Assembly: GCA_963829055.1 (NCBI GenBank) | Contig: CAWHHI010000001.1 | Span: forward strand, 1 to 31,223 | From: an uncultured Gemmatimonadaceae bacterium | Lineage (GTDB): Bacteria; Gemmatimonadota; Gemmatimonadetes; Gemmatimonadales; Gemmatimonadaceae | Length of the DNA stretch: 31,223 bases | Direction of reading: 5' to 3' | Part shown: piece by piece, positions 1 to 11,095 of the stretch | How positions within the stretch are numbered: the stretch's first letter is position 1 | How the letters are laid out: every line of letters begins with the position of its first letter | Position numbers and translations under genes: made by a program | Notes under the pieces: model-generated | What the model saw: only the letters and a program-made list of their open reading frames with translations | Database searches by the model: none | What the model was told of the DNA's origin: nothing

Positions 1-102
1 CGCGATGAAATTGTACAGGAGTAACATGCTCGCGCAGCTGGTCTGGTGCCGATGCCGCTTGCTGGTGTGCAGAACGCCCGCGCGCGGTGTGAGCTTTGGT
101 CA

Positions 103-999
103 ATGCCAACCACTGCCAACACGCAGGCGACGACCAACAGACCGATCGGCGCCGAGTCGGCGACGATGACGCGCGTGTGCGTGTTCGAGCCCATCGAGCT
201 GCTGCGCGCGCGGTACACGCGTCAACGGTTCGCTCCGCACACGCACGACGAGTACGTCTTCGGCGTCATCGAGAGCGGCGCCGCGCTCACGTTCTTCCGT
301 GGCCGCGAGGACGTCCATGCGGCGGGGTGCGTCATCACGTTCGCGCCTGGTGAGGTTCACACCGGCGCGCCAGCCACGGAGGAGGGCTGGGGCTACCGCA
401 TGCTCTACCCGAGCGAGGCGCTCGTCCGCTTCGTCGCGCGGGAGGCGACGGGTCGTGATTTCGCGCCGGTATTCGATACGTCCTCCGTGCAGGATCCGCG
501 GTTCGCGGAGCGCGTCCGCGCGATGCATGTGGTGCTCGAGAGCGACGCCGATCGACTCCGGAAAGAATGCGCCCTGCTGGAAACGCTCGGCGAGCTCGTC
601 CTCCATCACGCAGCGGCGGCGCGGTCCGGATGCCTAACGCCGACCGCCCCGCGCACCACCGCCGCCCTCTGCCGCGTCCGCGATCTGCTCGAGACGGAAT
701 ACTCGCGGACGGTCACGATCGGCGAGCTCGCCCGCGAGGCGGGACTCAGCACGTTCCACCTCATTCGGGTGTTCCGCGCCGCGTTCGGGCTCCCGCCCTA
801 CAAATACCTCGAGCAGGTCCGCATCCAACAGGCGCGTCGGCTGATCCGGCACGGCTTTCCGCTCACGCATGTGGTGCACGCGACCGGGTTCTCCGACCAG
901 AGTCACCTGACGCGCTACTTCAAGCGGATCGTTGGCGTGACACCGGGTCGGTATGCCCGCGCCGGCTGCGACCTCCGCGGCGCGGAACGCGTCGCCTGA
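103..999 (+). CDS. AraC family transcriptional regulator (cupin ligand-binding domain + double HTH)
   Basis: N-terminal FAPHTHDEYVFGVIE...PGEVH cupin motif. C-terminal LAREAGLSTFHLIRVF...GFSDQSHLTRYFKRIVGVTPGRY AraC signature. Start uncertain (46, 103 or 166). Confidence 0.95.
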   Translation: MPTTANTQATTNRPIGAESATMTRVCVFEPIELLRARYTRQRFAPHTHDEYVFGVIESGAALTFFRGREDVHAAGCVITFAPGEVHTGAPATEEGWGYRMLYPSEALVRFVAREATGRDFAPVFDTSSVQDPRFAERVRAMHVVLESDADRLRKECALLETLGELVLHHAAAARSGCLTPTAPRTTAALCRVRDLLETEYSRTVTIGELAREAGLSTFHLIRVFRAAFGLPPYKYLEQVRIQQARRLIRHGFPLTHVVHATGFSDQSHLTRYFKRIVGVTPGRYARAGCDLRGAERVA

Positions 1000-1032
1000 C
1001 AGGAACCGAGCAACGAGAGCAACGGCCGAACA

Positions 1033-1590
1033 ATGACAAAGAGTAGCGGCGTCAGTCGTCGCCTGACCTCGTGCGTCCTGGTCGTGACCACGTTAGGCGT
1101 GATGGCATGGACGTCCCGATCGCCGGCATCGACCATCGCGTCGACGACTACGTCAACGACCACGCAGGCTGCGACCACCGACGAATCGCGGGCGGTGCTC
1201 GCCGTCGTGCAGCGACTGTTCGACGCCATGCGCTCCAGGGACACCGCCGCGTTCCGCGACGTCTTCGAGCCTAGCGCGCGGCTCGTCGGCATGCGCACCA
1301 GGCCGAACGGCGAGCAGGTCGTTCAGGTGCTTCCGTGGGACCGCTTCGGCGCGTTCATGGCGTCGGACACCCGCGGGCCGTGGATCGAGCGCGCGTGGTC
1401 GCCGGAGGTGCGCATCCGCGGCACGCTCGCGACGGTGTGGGCCGAATACGACTTCCACTTCGGCCAGACGCCGAGCCACTGCGGCGTGGACGCGGTTCAG
1501 CTGCTCAAGACGCCGGGAGGCTGGAAGATCGTCTCGATCGCCGACACGTACGAGCCCACGGGCTGTCCGACCCGCGAGCCACCGCGTTAG
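1033..1590 (+). CDS. Secreted NTF2/SnoaL-like family protein
   Basis: Hydrophobic N-terminal signal and Thr/Ser linker, then VQRLFDAMRSRD...ATVWAEYDF...HCGVDAVQLLKTPGGWKIVSI, typical of the NTF2 fold. Confidence 0.85.
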   Translation: MTKSSGVSRRLTSCVLVVTTLGVMAWTSRSPASTIASTTTSTTTQAATTDESRAVLAVVQRLFDAMRSRDTAAFRDVFEPSARLVGMRTRPNGEQVVQVLPWDRFGAFMASDTRGPWIERAWSPEVRIRGTLATVWAEYDFHFGQTPSHCGVDAVQLLKTPGGWKIVSIADTYEPTGCPTREPPR

Positions 1591-1614
1591 GCTCCACGCC
1601 AGGCACCGCGGTCG

Positions 1615-2553
1615 TCAGGCCGTTGGACGCAGTAGCTGCGGCGCGCGAAGCCGGCTGACACGCAGCTTCGCTCCCGTCTTGAGGATCGCGATGTAGTCGC
1701 CGCCGAACCACGGCTGCACCTCGCGAATGCGCTCGATGTTGACGATCACCGACCGATGGATCCGGACGAACCGCTTCGGGTCGAGACCTTCGGTGAGCCC
1801 CGCGAGCGACGCGCGCAGTCGATGCTGCGCATCCCCGACGTGCAGCACCATGTAGTTGCCGTCCGCCTCGATCCAGTCCACGTCGACTGCCGGCACGAAT
1901 CGCACGCGTCCGTCGGAGCGCACGGCAAAGCGTCCAATGTAGGACGCCGCGCCGCCACGCGCCGGCTCTACACTGTCCGGGACGTCGTCGCCTGACGCGT
2001 CGAGATCAGCACTCGACTCCGATAGTGTCGGCCTCGGTGCGACGCCACCTGGAGGCGTTGGCAACCGAGTGAACGAGCCCGCCTGCCACGCCTGCACGAA
2101 CTCCGCGAGCCGACGTCCCAACTCCCCGTTTCGCCGCTCCTGCACCGCGGTCTGCGCGCGCTCGAGCGCCGCGAGCAGACGCTCGTCGGGGAACGGCTTG
2201 AGCACGTAGTCCAGCGCGTGCACCTCGAACGCGCGGATCGCGTGCGAGTCGAACGCGGTCACGAACACGACGACGGGCATCGAGGGCGTGTCGATCTGCT
2301 CGAGCACCGCGAACCCATCGAGTCCTGGCATCTGCACGTCGAGGAACACGATGTCGGGCGAGTGCTGGCGGATCGCGTCCACGGCCGACGCACCGTCCCC
2401 GCACTCGCCCACGATCTGCACATCCGCCGCGTGACGCAGCGCGAGCCGCATGCAGTCTCGAGCCAGGGGCTCGTCATCGACGATCAGTACGCGGACCGTT
2501 CCGACCGCGGGTGAGACAGGGGCGGTTACGACGTTAGGCACCGACGGCGACAT
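1615..2553 (-). CDS. LytR/AlgR family response regulator (REC + LytTR)
   Basis: VLIVDDEPLAR, VFLDVQMP, FVTAF and DYVLKP receiver motifs. C-terminal VDWIEADGNY...FVRIHRSVIVN LytTR domain. ATG at 2553 overlaps the kinase stop; the upstream part of ORF 1615..3630 is a shadow frame. Confidence 0.95.
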   Translation of the reverse strand: MSPSVPNVVTAPVSPAVGTVRVLIVDDEPLARDCMRLALRHAADVQIVGECGDGASAVDAIRQHSPDIVFLDVQMPGLDGFAVLEQIDTPSMPVVVFVTAFDSHAIRAFEVHALDYVLKPFPDERLLAALERAQTAVQERRNGELGRRLAEFVQAWQAGSFTRLPTPPGGVAPRPTLSESSADLDASGDDVPDSVEPARGGAASYIGRFAVRSDGRVRFVPAVDVDWIEADGNYMVLHVGDAQHRLRASLAGLTEGLDPKRFVRIHRSVIVNIERIREVQPWFGGDYIAILKTGAKLRVSRLRAPQLLRPTA

Positions 2554-3689
2554 CTCGATCCTCGACATTCGTGTGGAACGGCAGCAGCACCCTCGCGCGG
2601 ACGCCACCGCCTGGTACGTCGGCGACATCCAGGGATGCCGCCTCGGGGCCGTACAGCTCCGCCAGCCGCGCTCGGGTGTTCGACAACCCGATGCCCTCGC
2701 GCGGCGCTCGGCCATCGATCGGACTGAGCCCGTCGCCGCTGTCACGCACCGCGAGCTCGACGTGCAGCCCCGATCGACGCGCGGATACGCGAAGCAGCGC
2801 GGGTCCTGGGACGTCGGGCGATGCCGTGGCGAAGCGCGTTCTCGACCAGCGGCTGCAGGATGAGTGGCGGCACGAGCGCGGTGCGGACGTCGGCATCGAC
2901 GTCCCACGTGACGTGCAGCCGATCGCCGAAGCGCACGAGCTCGATGTCGACGAAGCGTCCGAGGTAGCTCAGCTCGTCGGCGAGCGGAATCTCGGCCGGC
3001 ATCTCGCGGTCGAGCGTCGTGCGCAGCAGATCGCCGAGTCGCGCGAGCATGTCGACGGCGGCGTCGTGCTCGCGTTTCCGGACGAGACCGGCGACCGCAT
3101 TCAACGTATTGAACAGGAAGTGCGGATTGAGCTCCATGCGAAGCGCATGGATGCGCGCCTCGGCGAGATTCAGCTGCAGTCGCGCGGCTCGTGATTCGGT
3201 CTGCGCTGCCACGAGCGCGAGGTGACGGAAGCGCGCGAAGTACGCGAACGCGTAATACACGCTGAGCGCCGCCGCGTAGATGAAAAAGTCGGTCGCGATG
3301 TACCGCGACTCGAAGTAGCTGATCATCCGCTCGACGGTGGGTCCCCACGGCGTGGGGCCGTTCGCCCAGAAGTACGCGACGCCGAAGACCGCGATATGAA
3401 CGACCGACAGCACTATCGACGTCGTCCCGTGAACGGCGGAGCTCCGGCGCCACCTGCCGCCGTCGAAGCGAAAGCGCTGCGCCAGCCAGATCACGACCGG
3501 CATGACCAGCATCCAGAGGCCCCACCACAGCCCGTTGTCGCGAAGAACCGACAACAGCGGTCGTTCGCCGCCCTGGATCTGGAGCATGACGTAGTCTTTC
3601 GCGCACTCCAGCAGCCCAATGGCGGCGCACGCGCCGGCGCCGACGAGCGACGCGGTTCGCCAGCCGATCTGATCCCTGTCTTCAGGCAT
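2534..3689 (-). CDS. LytS/YehU-type membrane sensor histidine kinase (one frameshift near 2810)
   Basis: Four TM-like segments, ELNPHFLFNTLN H-box and LQPLVENALRHG. Continues in ORF 2534..2896 with VRDSGDG and GIGLSNTRARL. Confidence 0.92.
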
Positions 3690-3725
3690 CGTGCATCCGG
3701 AGCGTCAGCGATGGGAGCCTAGTCA

Positions 3726-3820
3726 TGTCATCCCGTAGCCAGTCTAGGCGCCAGTATCGCACGAAGGTCCCTCGCTGGACGCTCGGTGATGACAAGCTCG
3801 TAGCTGTCGCTCGGAATGAC
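3726..3820. repeat. Degenerate copy of GTCAT(T/C)CCGAGCG...CGCTCGG(A/G)ATGAC palindromic repeat
   Basis: gaaggtccctcgctggacgctcggtgatgac (3763-3793) is a near reverse complement of 7932-7960. cgctcggaatgac at 3808-3820. Confidence 0.7.
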
Positions 3821-3898
3821 ACAAGGTGGCGACGCCGTCAGCCGACGGTGCTGCCACCTGGGCCGAACCGTGATTTTCGCCGTCCCAGCCGTGAAGCG

Positions 3899-6564
3899 CT
3901 ACTCCTCTCGAAGCGCGGAGATCGGGTCGACGCGCGCCGCCCGCCAGGCCGGCATCGCGCCGGCGGCAAGCCCGACGATAGCGAGCATCACCGCCGAACC
4001 GGCGACCGTCACTGGATCGGACGGCGACAGACCGTACAGGAACGACGTGACCCAGCGCGTGCTCATCAGCGCCGCCGCTGCGCCGAGCGCGACCCCGAGC
4101 ACGACCATGCGCGTCACCTCCCCGAGCACCAGCCGCATGACCCGTTGCTGCCCGGCACCTAACGCGATGCGGATGCCGATCTCGTTGCGACGTCGCGCCA
4201 CGCTGTACGACAGCGTCCCGTAGAGCCCGACCGTCGCGAGCAGGAGCGCCAGACCGCCGAAGAACCCCGAGAGCGACGCGAGCAGGCGCTCGCGCGAGAG
4301 CGACGCGTCCACCTGCGCGGACAAGTGGCGTGAACTCGAGCGCGATCGACCGGTTGACCTGCGCGACCATCGACTTGATGACCGGCGCGATATCGGCCGG
4401 CGGCCCGCTCGTTCGGACCTCGTACTGCGCGTACGAGCCGGGCCCTGCGTTCTGCGCTGCGGCGACGTAGATGGTCGGGATCGCCTCCTCGCGCAGCTCG
4501 CGATACTTCGCGTCCTTCACCACACCGATGATCTCGACCGGCTGGCTCACGCTATCGCCAATCGTCGTTCGGTAGGTCTTACCGAGTGGGCTCGCGCCGC
4601 CGAAGAACTTCTTGACCACCGCCTCGTTCACGATCGCCACACCGGGGGCTCCCAAGCGGTCGCGGTCGTTGAAGTCGCGGCCGGCCAGCAACGGCGTACC
4701 GAGCGTGGTGAAATAGCCGTCGCTGACTTCGTTGAAGTACGCCAGGGCGTCCCGCTCGCTCTTGGCCGAGAAGCCGTCCACCTTGATGAAGTCGTTCCAC
4801 GCGCTGCCGCTGATAGGCGTGATCTGAGAACCGGCGGCGCTCACAACGCCCGGCAGCGCACGGATCCGGGTCAGCAGGTCTCGGCGCACGGTGGTGTACA
4901 CGCTGTCCGAATAGCCGCCATGGCTCAGATCCACACTGACGATCAGCACGCCCTCGCGCCGGAAGCCAGGGTCGAGCACCGCAAGGTTGCGGAACGTGCC
5001 TAACAACAACCCGGCTCCGATCACCAGCACCAGCGACAGCGCGATCTGTCCTACAACCAGAACCTTTCCGACGGAAAATCGCGTGTGGCCTTCGGCGATG
5101 CCGCGTCCGCTCGGCCTTGAGCGCGAGCTGCGGATCGACGTGCGTGGACCGCCAGGCCGGCGCGAGCCCGAACAGGATACCGGTCGCCACCGCGACGATC
5201 AACGTGAACGCGAGCACGCGTCCGTCGAGCGTGAGGTCGAGCGATACCGGAGCCTGTCCGCGCGACAGCGACGCAACCAGCATCGAAGTACCCCATCGCG
5301 CGAACAGCGCTCCGGCCAGCGCGCCGAGTCCCGCGAGCAGGATGCTCTCGGTGAGCAACTGGCGCACGAGACGGCGTCGCGCCGCACCGATGGCGAGGCG
5401 AATGGCCATCTCGCGTCCACGCACGGCGGCCCGTGCGAGCAGCAGGTTCGCCACGTTCGCGCAGGCGATGAGCAGCACGAGCCCCACGACCACCATCAGC
5501 ACAGTCAACGCCTTCTGATATTGAATTCGTACGTACGATAGCCCGTTAGGCGCCGGCCTCACGCCGAGCGTGTTCTTGGCATATTCGGCTTTCTCGGCGA
5601 CGCCCCATCGCTCCGGGATCGTCGCGGCGAAGACCGCGGGCGCAAGTGCGCGGACGCGTGTCGCCAGCTGCGTCGGTGTAACGCCTGGCTTCGGGCGGCC
5701 AATGATGTACAGGTACCACGTGCTTCGTTGGTCGAGATCCGACCGCTGACAGAGCGGTACGTACACCTGCGGTGATTCGCCCACGCTCACGCCGAAGAAC
5801 GATTCCGGCGTGACCCCGACGATCTCGTACGGCTTGCGGTCGAGCGTGATCGTCTTGCCGACGGCCGACGGCGATCCGCCGAACTCACTCTGCCAGAACC
5901 CGTGGCCCAACACGGCCACGGCGGGACATCCACGAACATCGTCCGTGCGCGCGAGCAGACGCCCCGCCTCCGGCCGAACGCCGAGCGTGGAGAAGTAGTC
6001 GCCGCTCACCATCACGCCTCGCGCGCGTCGAACTTCGCCGCCGGCGGTGAGATTGAACCGCTCGTTGCCATACGCGAAGACGCCGGAGAACATGTCCTGG
6101 CGGTCGCGAATCTGCTCCCAGATCGGGTTCGTGAAGACCGCCCCGCCCTCGGATTCACCCATGGTGACGCGAACCAGCTCTTCGGGATGCGTCACCGGCA
6201 GCGATTTCAGCACGACGGCGTTGATCAGGCTGAAGATCGCCGTGTTGGCCCCGATGCCGAGGCCTAACGAGACGATGGTGACGAGCGCGAAGCCCGGGCT
6301 GGCGCGCAGCGCACGGACCGCGTACCGCACGTCGGCGCCGACGGACTCGAGCCACGTCATGACGTCGGCGTCGCGCGTGCGCTCCTTCTGCATACCCGGG
6401 TTGCCGAAGCGGCGGCGCGCTTCGCGCCGCGCGTCGTCCTCGCTCATCCCGCCCGCCACGAGCTCATCGGCCCGCTCGGCCATGTGGAACGCCATCTCGC
6501 GGTCGATGTCCGCTGACAGCCGGTTCGATCGGAGCAGGTTGACGAAGCGCCGGTACAATCCCAT
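3899..6564 (-). CDS. Duplicated ABC permease (MacB_PCD/FtsX x2, ADOP-like); frameshifts near 5110 and 4325
   Basis: DREMAFH...ARRRFGN prefix, [28 protein letters not shown]...[11 protein letters not shown], and a second half ending [15 protein letters not shown]...[17 protein letters not shown]. Spread over ORFs 4579..6564, 3744..5030 and 3899..4324. Confidence 0.93.
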
Positions 6565-6612
6565 CGGTCGTATCCTCGGTGGAGGAACTCGTTATGCAGG
6601 CCATCACAGCCA

Positions 6613-6949
6613 TCATGCGTAGCGCAGCACGCGGGTGACGCCTTCCGTGAGTCGGGCCCAACTCTCCTGTTCGGCGGCGAGCTGTTTCTTCCCGGCGGCG
6701 GTGAGCACGTAGAATCGCGCCTGGCGGTTCTTCTCCGTGACTCCCCAATCTGCTCGCACCCAGCCGTCCTGCTCCATGCGATGGAGCGCCGGGTACAGCG
6801 ATCCTTCCTCCACGCGGAGCAGCTCGGCCGACGCTCGCTGGATGTGCGCGGTGATGCGCATAGCCGTGCATGCGCCCCTGTGAGGCGAGCGTCTTGAGCA
6901 CGAGCAAGGCGAGGGTGCCTTGGAGAATGTCGTTGCGTTGTCTGGGCAT
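6613..6949 (-). CDS. PadR family transcriptional regulator (Acidobacterial type); frameshift near 6857
   Basis: LQGTLALLVLKTL...MHGYA joins ITAHIQRAS..LRVEEGSLYPALHRME..GW..WG.TEKNRQARFY.LT..GKKQL. Lies directly upstream of the permease. Confidence 0.93.
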
Positions 6950-6962
6950 ATGGCTCCGAGCC

Positions 6963-6990
6963 GACCTAGCTATCCATAACTAGCTAGGTC
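6963..6990. promoter_or_regulatory. Putative PadR operator (perfect 10-bp inverted repeat)
   Basis: GACCTAGCTA-tccataac-TAGCTAGGTC, 13 bp upstream of the padR ATG. Confidence 0.65.
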
Positions 6991-7152
6991 AGAGGCTACA
7001 TGCTCAGACAACGCGAGTCAACAAAGCGTTGGCTGGCGTCCAGTCGCCGAGTGGGTCGGTGGTCAGGAATGGGCAGTCGCCAGGTTCTGGATCGCGACGG
7101 GCAACCCTATGTACCTGTCGGTGTACTAATTGGCTGGGAGGACCTGATACCT

Positions 7153-7922
7153 ATGCCAACATTTTCCACGATTCGCGGGCGCGCAGTCGCGCTCGCTCTG
7201 ACGCTTGCTCTCGGCGCGCCGGTTTCAGCCGTCTGGGCCGCGCCCTCACCCTCTGACCCTTCAACCACCGCGCGAGACATCGGGCTCACCGAGCGCAATG
7301 TCGCCGCATCGAACGACAAGGTGCGCGCCGCGTATTCCGACCTCGCCACCATGTGGACCAACGGGTTCACCGAGATGCGCGAGCGGTTCGCCACACCACG
7401 ACTGCTCCGCTATCGCGGTGCGGTGCGCAGCGCGTGCGGCGTTATGCAGCCGAACAACGCGGCGTACTGCCCGCGCGAGAACGCGATCTACTACGATGAG
7501 GTGTTCGTCGCCGCACAGGCGAAGAGCGCCGCGTCGGAGCTCGGCAACCGACGGTGACATGGCGGGCATCGGCGTGATCGCCCACGAGATGGGCCACGCG
7601 GTCGCCATCCAACTCGGCTACGAGTCACCGGTCGCGTACGAGAACGAAGCGGCGGCGGACTGTCTCGCCGGTGCATTCGCCAGGCACGCCGATAAGAGTG
7701 GCTCGCTCGAGAAGGGCGACGTCGAGGAGGCGTTCTTCGGCATGGCTGCTGCCGCGGATCCGACGCCTGAGCTGACCGGCAACCGTCGCGTCGATCGCGT
7801 GCTGCTCACGCGCGCCGCGATGATGGCGCACGGCACGAAGGACCAGCGGCCAGCAGAACTTCCGCACCGGCCTCGAAGGCGGCGCCGGGGCGTGCTTCGA
7901 GGAGCTGGGCAGCATCCGGTAA
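7153..7922 (+). CDS. Secreted neutral zinc metallopeptidase (YpfJ/Zn_peptidase-like); frameshifts near 7549 and 7850
   Basis: Signal peptide, SACG...NAAYCP, VIAHEMGHAVA (HExxH), ENEAAADCLAG, HGTKDQR. Restored C-terminus QQNFRTGLEGGAGACFEELGSIR ends in TAA at 7920-7922. Confidence 0.88.
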
Positions 7923-7931
7923 CTGCGTGAA

Positions 7932-8036
7932 GTCATCCCGAGCGGCAGCGAGGGACCTTCTGTGATGTCATCGTAGCCCGTTTGGCCACAATTGGATTCA
8001 CAGAAGATCCCTCGTCGCTGCGCTCCTCGGGATGAC
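7932..8036. repeat. Palindromic REP/MITE-like element between convergent genes
   Basis: gtcatcccgag..cagcgagggaccttctgtga ... tcacagaagatccctcgtcgctg..ctcgggatgac form ~33-bp imperfect inverted arms. Confidence 0.85.
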
Positions 8037-8038
8037 CA

Positions 8039-10661
8039 CTAGTTCCGCAGCGTCTCCACCGGATCCACCGCCGCCGCACGACGCGACGGGACGTACGCGG
8101 CGCCAAGCGCGGACAACAGTACGATCGCTGCCCCGCCCATGAGCGCGATGCCGTCGAACGCGGGCAGGGTCGGGATGTGCGCCGCGCCGAACCGCGCCAT
8201 GCCCAGGGCGAGCAACGAGCCGATCACCACACCCGTCACGGCCAATCGCACCGACTGACGGACGACCAGGGCCACGACTATCCGTCGGGTCGCTCCGAGC
8301 GCGACGCGTATGCCGATCTCCTTCCGGCGAAGCGCCACGATGTAGGCGAGCACGCCATACACGCCCGAGATCGTGAGCACCAACGCGATCCCGCCAAGCA
8401 ACGACGCGATCCAGTGCGCGACTCGGAAGGGGTAGGCCTGCATGGCCATCGCCTCATCGAGTGTGTGAATCTCCACCGATCCACCCGGGTCTATGGTGCT
8501 GAGCGCGTGTCGGATGGAACGCTGTGCAGTGCCAGCGGCTGCGCGAGTCCGGACGAGCAGCGTCATTCCGCCCGTGTCGACGGCGGCGGGCTCATACACG
8601 GTGGGACGGTCCCGGCGCTCCCCGATAAACCCAAGGACGACGTTGCTCGCCACGCCAATGACGCGCGCCGCGCGCGGCGCCGAAGCCGAATCGCGGCCGC
8701 CCGAACCGAGGAGAATCGTGGCACCGAGCGCGTCACCGTTCGGCCAGAGCTCGAGCGCCGCGGCGTCGTTGATGACGACGACCGCTTCACCCGCGTGGCC
8801 CTCGTCGACGGAGAACGTACGGCCACGGACGATCGGGATGCCTAACGTCTGGAAATAGCCCGGCGAAACACGGATGCTTCCGGCAGCGCCCGCGTGAGCC
8901 GTCGCCGCCCCGGAAACCGCGATCGGCCGGAGCCTGCCGTCGAACGGTGCGTGCGATGTGGCGGCGATAGCGCTCACACCTGGCTCGTGCCCGAGACGCT
9001 CGACGATCGCATGATGAAGGGCCACCGGCGAATACACCTGCACGAGTCCATCAGCGCGGAATCCAATGTCGAGCGTGTCGAGTCGCTCCGCGTTCCGCAG
9101 CAGGATGCCGCTCAGCTCGAGCAGCATGGCGCACATGGTGACCTGGCCGATGACGAGGGCGTTCCGGATCCGCGTTGGCCGTAGAGCGACACCGAACTCC
9201 CCACGCGTCGCCTCGATGACGTTCGTGCGTGTCGTCTGCAACGCCGGGACCAGCCCGAACGCCACCGCGGACGCAATCGCGCCGGCGAACAGAAACGCGA
9301 AGAGCCTCGCGTCGGGTGCGAGTGAGACGACCCGGATGTAGGACGCGAATACCGGCGGCACCGTCGCGACGATGAGCTTCACACCGGCGCCGAGAGCCAG
9401 GCGCGACAGGAGAAAGCCGGCCACACCCGCCGGGACCGCGAGCAGAAGCGCCTCCGCGAGCAACTGCCTGACGAGTCTCGCGCGGCCGGCACCGAGCGCG
9501 AGGCGGATGCCTATTTCTCGCTGCCGCGCCATGCCGCGCGCAAGCATCATGTTCGCCACGTTCGCGCAGGCGATGAATAGCACGAGTGCAAACAGCGCGA
9601 ACACCGGCGCCAGCACGACCATCGTTTCCGGACGACATGTAGGTCGCCGTCGCGCGGGACTCCAGCGCGACCGTCGCGACGCGCTCCGGCTCCGGACGTT
9701 CCGCCGTGAGCGTCGCGACCCACGCGCTCAGGGCAGCAGCAGCGCCTGCCTCGGACATTCCCGGCAACAGTCGTCCGACGATTCTCACGATCGGTTGATC
9801 CGCGTCGGATGGACCGAGGCCATCGACCAACGCACCGACCATCGTGATTGGCGTCCAAAAGTCCAGTGGTAAATCAGTCAGCCCGTCGAACCCTTCGCGC
9901 GCAACGCCAATGATCTCGAACGATCGACCGCGGAGCAGCACGCGGCGCCCGACGATCGCGGAGTCGCCGCCAAATTTGGTACGCCAGGCGCGGTGGCTGA
10001 GCACGATCACGGCCGAGCCGCCGGCCGCATCGGCATCCGCCGGCACGATCGTCCTGCCTAACGCCGCCGGCACGCCAAGCATCGCGAAGTAGTTTCCGGT
10101 CACCGCCTGAAGCATCAACGGCTCGCCATCCCGGCGGACCATGAGCCATCGATACGCGAAGCTTTCCGCGAACGCGGGATTCGCGCGCGTCAGCGCGGCG
10201 TGCTCGTTCAACGTCGCGTTGCGCGCGCGACCGGTCTTGTCGCGAAGCGTGATCTCGTACAACGACCGCGGATCGCGCACGGCCAGCGGACGCAGCACGT
10301 ACGCATCGAAGATGGTGAACGCCGTCGTCACCAGACCGAGGCCAAGACCGATCGTCAGCACGACGGTGAGCGCGAACCGCGGCGCTCCGCGGAAGACACG
10401 CAGCGCATAACGCACATCCTGCGCAGCTTGCTCCAGCGCCTCTACACGCGACGCGCCGCGCGCCTGCTCGGTGAGCGCGGTGACATTCCCGAACGCGCGG
10501 CGCGCTGCCAGCCGCGCGTCCGCGGGGCGCTCACCACGCGCGATGCGTCGCTCGACATCGCGCTCGAGGTGATAGCGCATCTCCTCGTCCAGCTCGTCGT
10601 CGGTCGAGCGACGCCTGACGAGTGCGCGGACACGCACCGCGGCCGCACGGAGCACCCGCAC
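8039..10661 (-). CDS. Second duplicated ABC permease (ADOP-like); frameshift near 9625
   Basis: [76 protein letters not shown]. ORFs 9051..10661 plus 8039..9622. Confidence 0.92.
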
Positions 10662-10662
10662 G

Positions 10663-10995
10663 CTACGCGCCGTCGAGAATGAGGCCGAGGGCCGCCGCGA
10701 ACCGCTCCCACGCCTCGCGTTCGGCCGCTAGCTGCTTGCGGCCTGACGTAGTCAGCTCGTAGAACCGCGCGCGACGATTGTTGTCCGACACGCCCCACTC
10801 GGCCTTCACGAACCCGCGCGCCTCGAGGCGACGGAGCGCCGGGTACACGGACCCGTAGTTGATCTCCAGAGCACCTTTGGAGACGACCTGAATCGACTGG
10901 GTGATGTCCCACCCGTTCGCTGGCCCGCCTCTGAGGAGGCGGAGCACGATGAGGTCGAGGGTACCCTGCAGCAGATCGGTTTTCGCGTCGCCCAT
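10663..10995 (-). CDS. PadR family transcriptional regulator (Acidobacterial type)
   Basis: LLQGTLDLIVLRLL..GPANGW..GSVYPALRRLE..WGVSDNNRRARFYELT..GRKQL. GGAGAG RBS before the ATG at 10995; the stop abuts the permease start. Confidence 0.95.
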   Translation of the reverse strand: MGDAKTDLLQGTLDLIVLRLLRGGPANGWDITQSIQVVSKGALEINYGSVYPALRRLEARGFVKAEWGVSDNNRRARFYELTTSGRKQLAAEREAWERFAAALGLILDGA

Positions 10996-11000
10996 GGCCT

Positions 11001-11052
11001 CTCCTATTGCCAAGTAATAGGTAGCGGTCGACCTATTGCCCGTCAATAGGAG
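11001..11052. promoter_or_regulatory. Tandem putative PadR operators
   Basis: CCTATTgccaagtAATAGG (11003-11021) and CCTATTGcccgtCAATAGG (11032-11050). The first overlaps the RBS. Confidence 0.7.
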
Positions 11053-11095
11053 ACGCCCAGATCTGCTCAGGTCCGGTCAGATCTCAGGCGTGCGA

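Noticed and set aside
1..27. Possible start of a divergent minus-strand gene (MLLLYNFIA...)
   Set aside because: Only nine codons lie within the window, so it cannot be supported.
1615..3630. 671-aa ORF suggesting a kinase-regulator fusion
   Set aside because: The upstream part is an Arg-rich shadow frame of the kinase; the real regulator starts at 2553.
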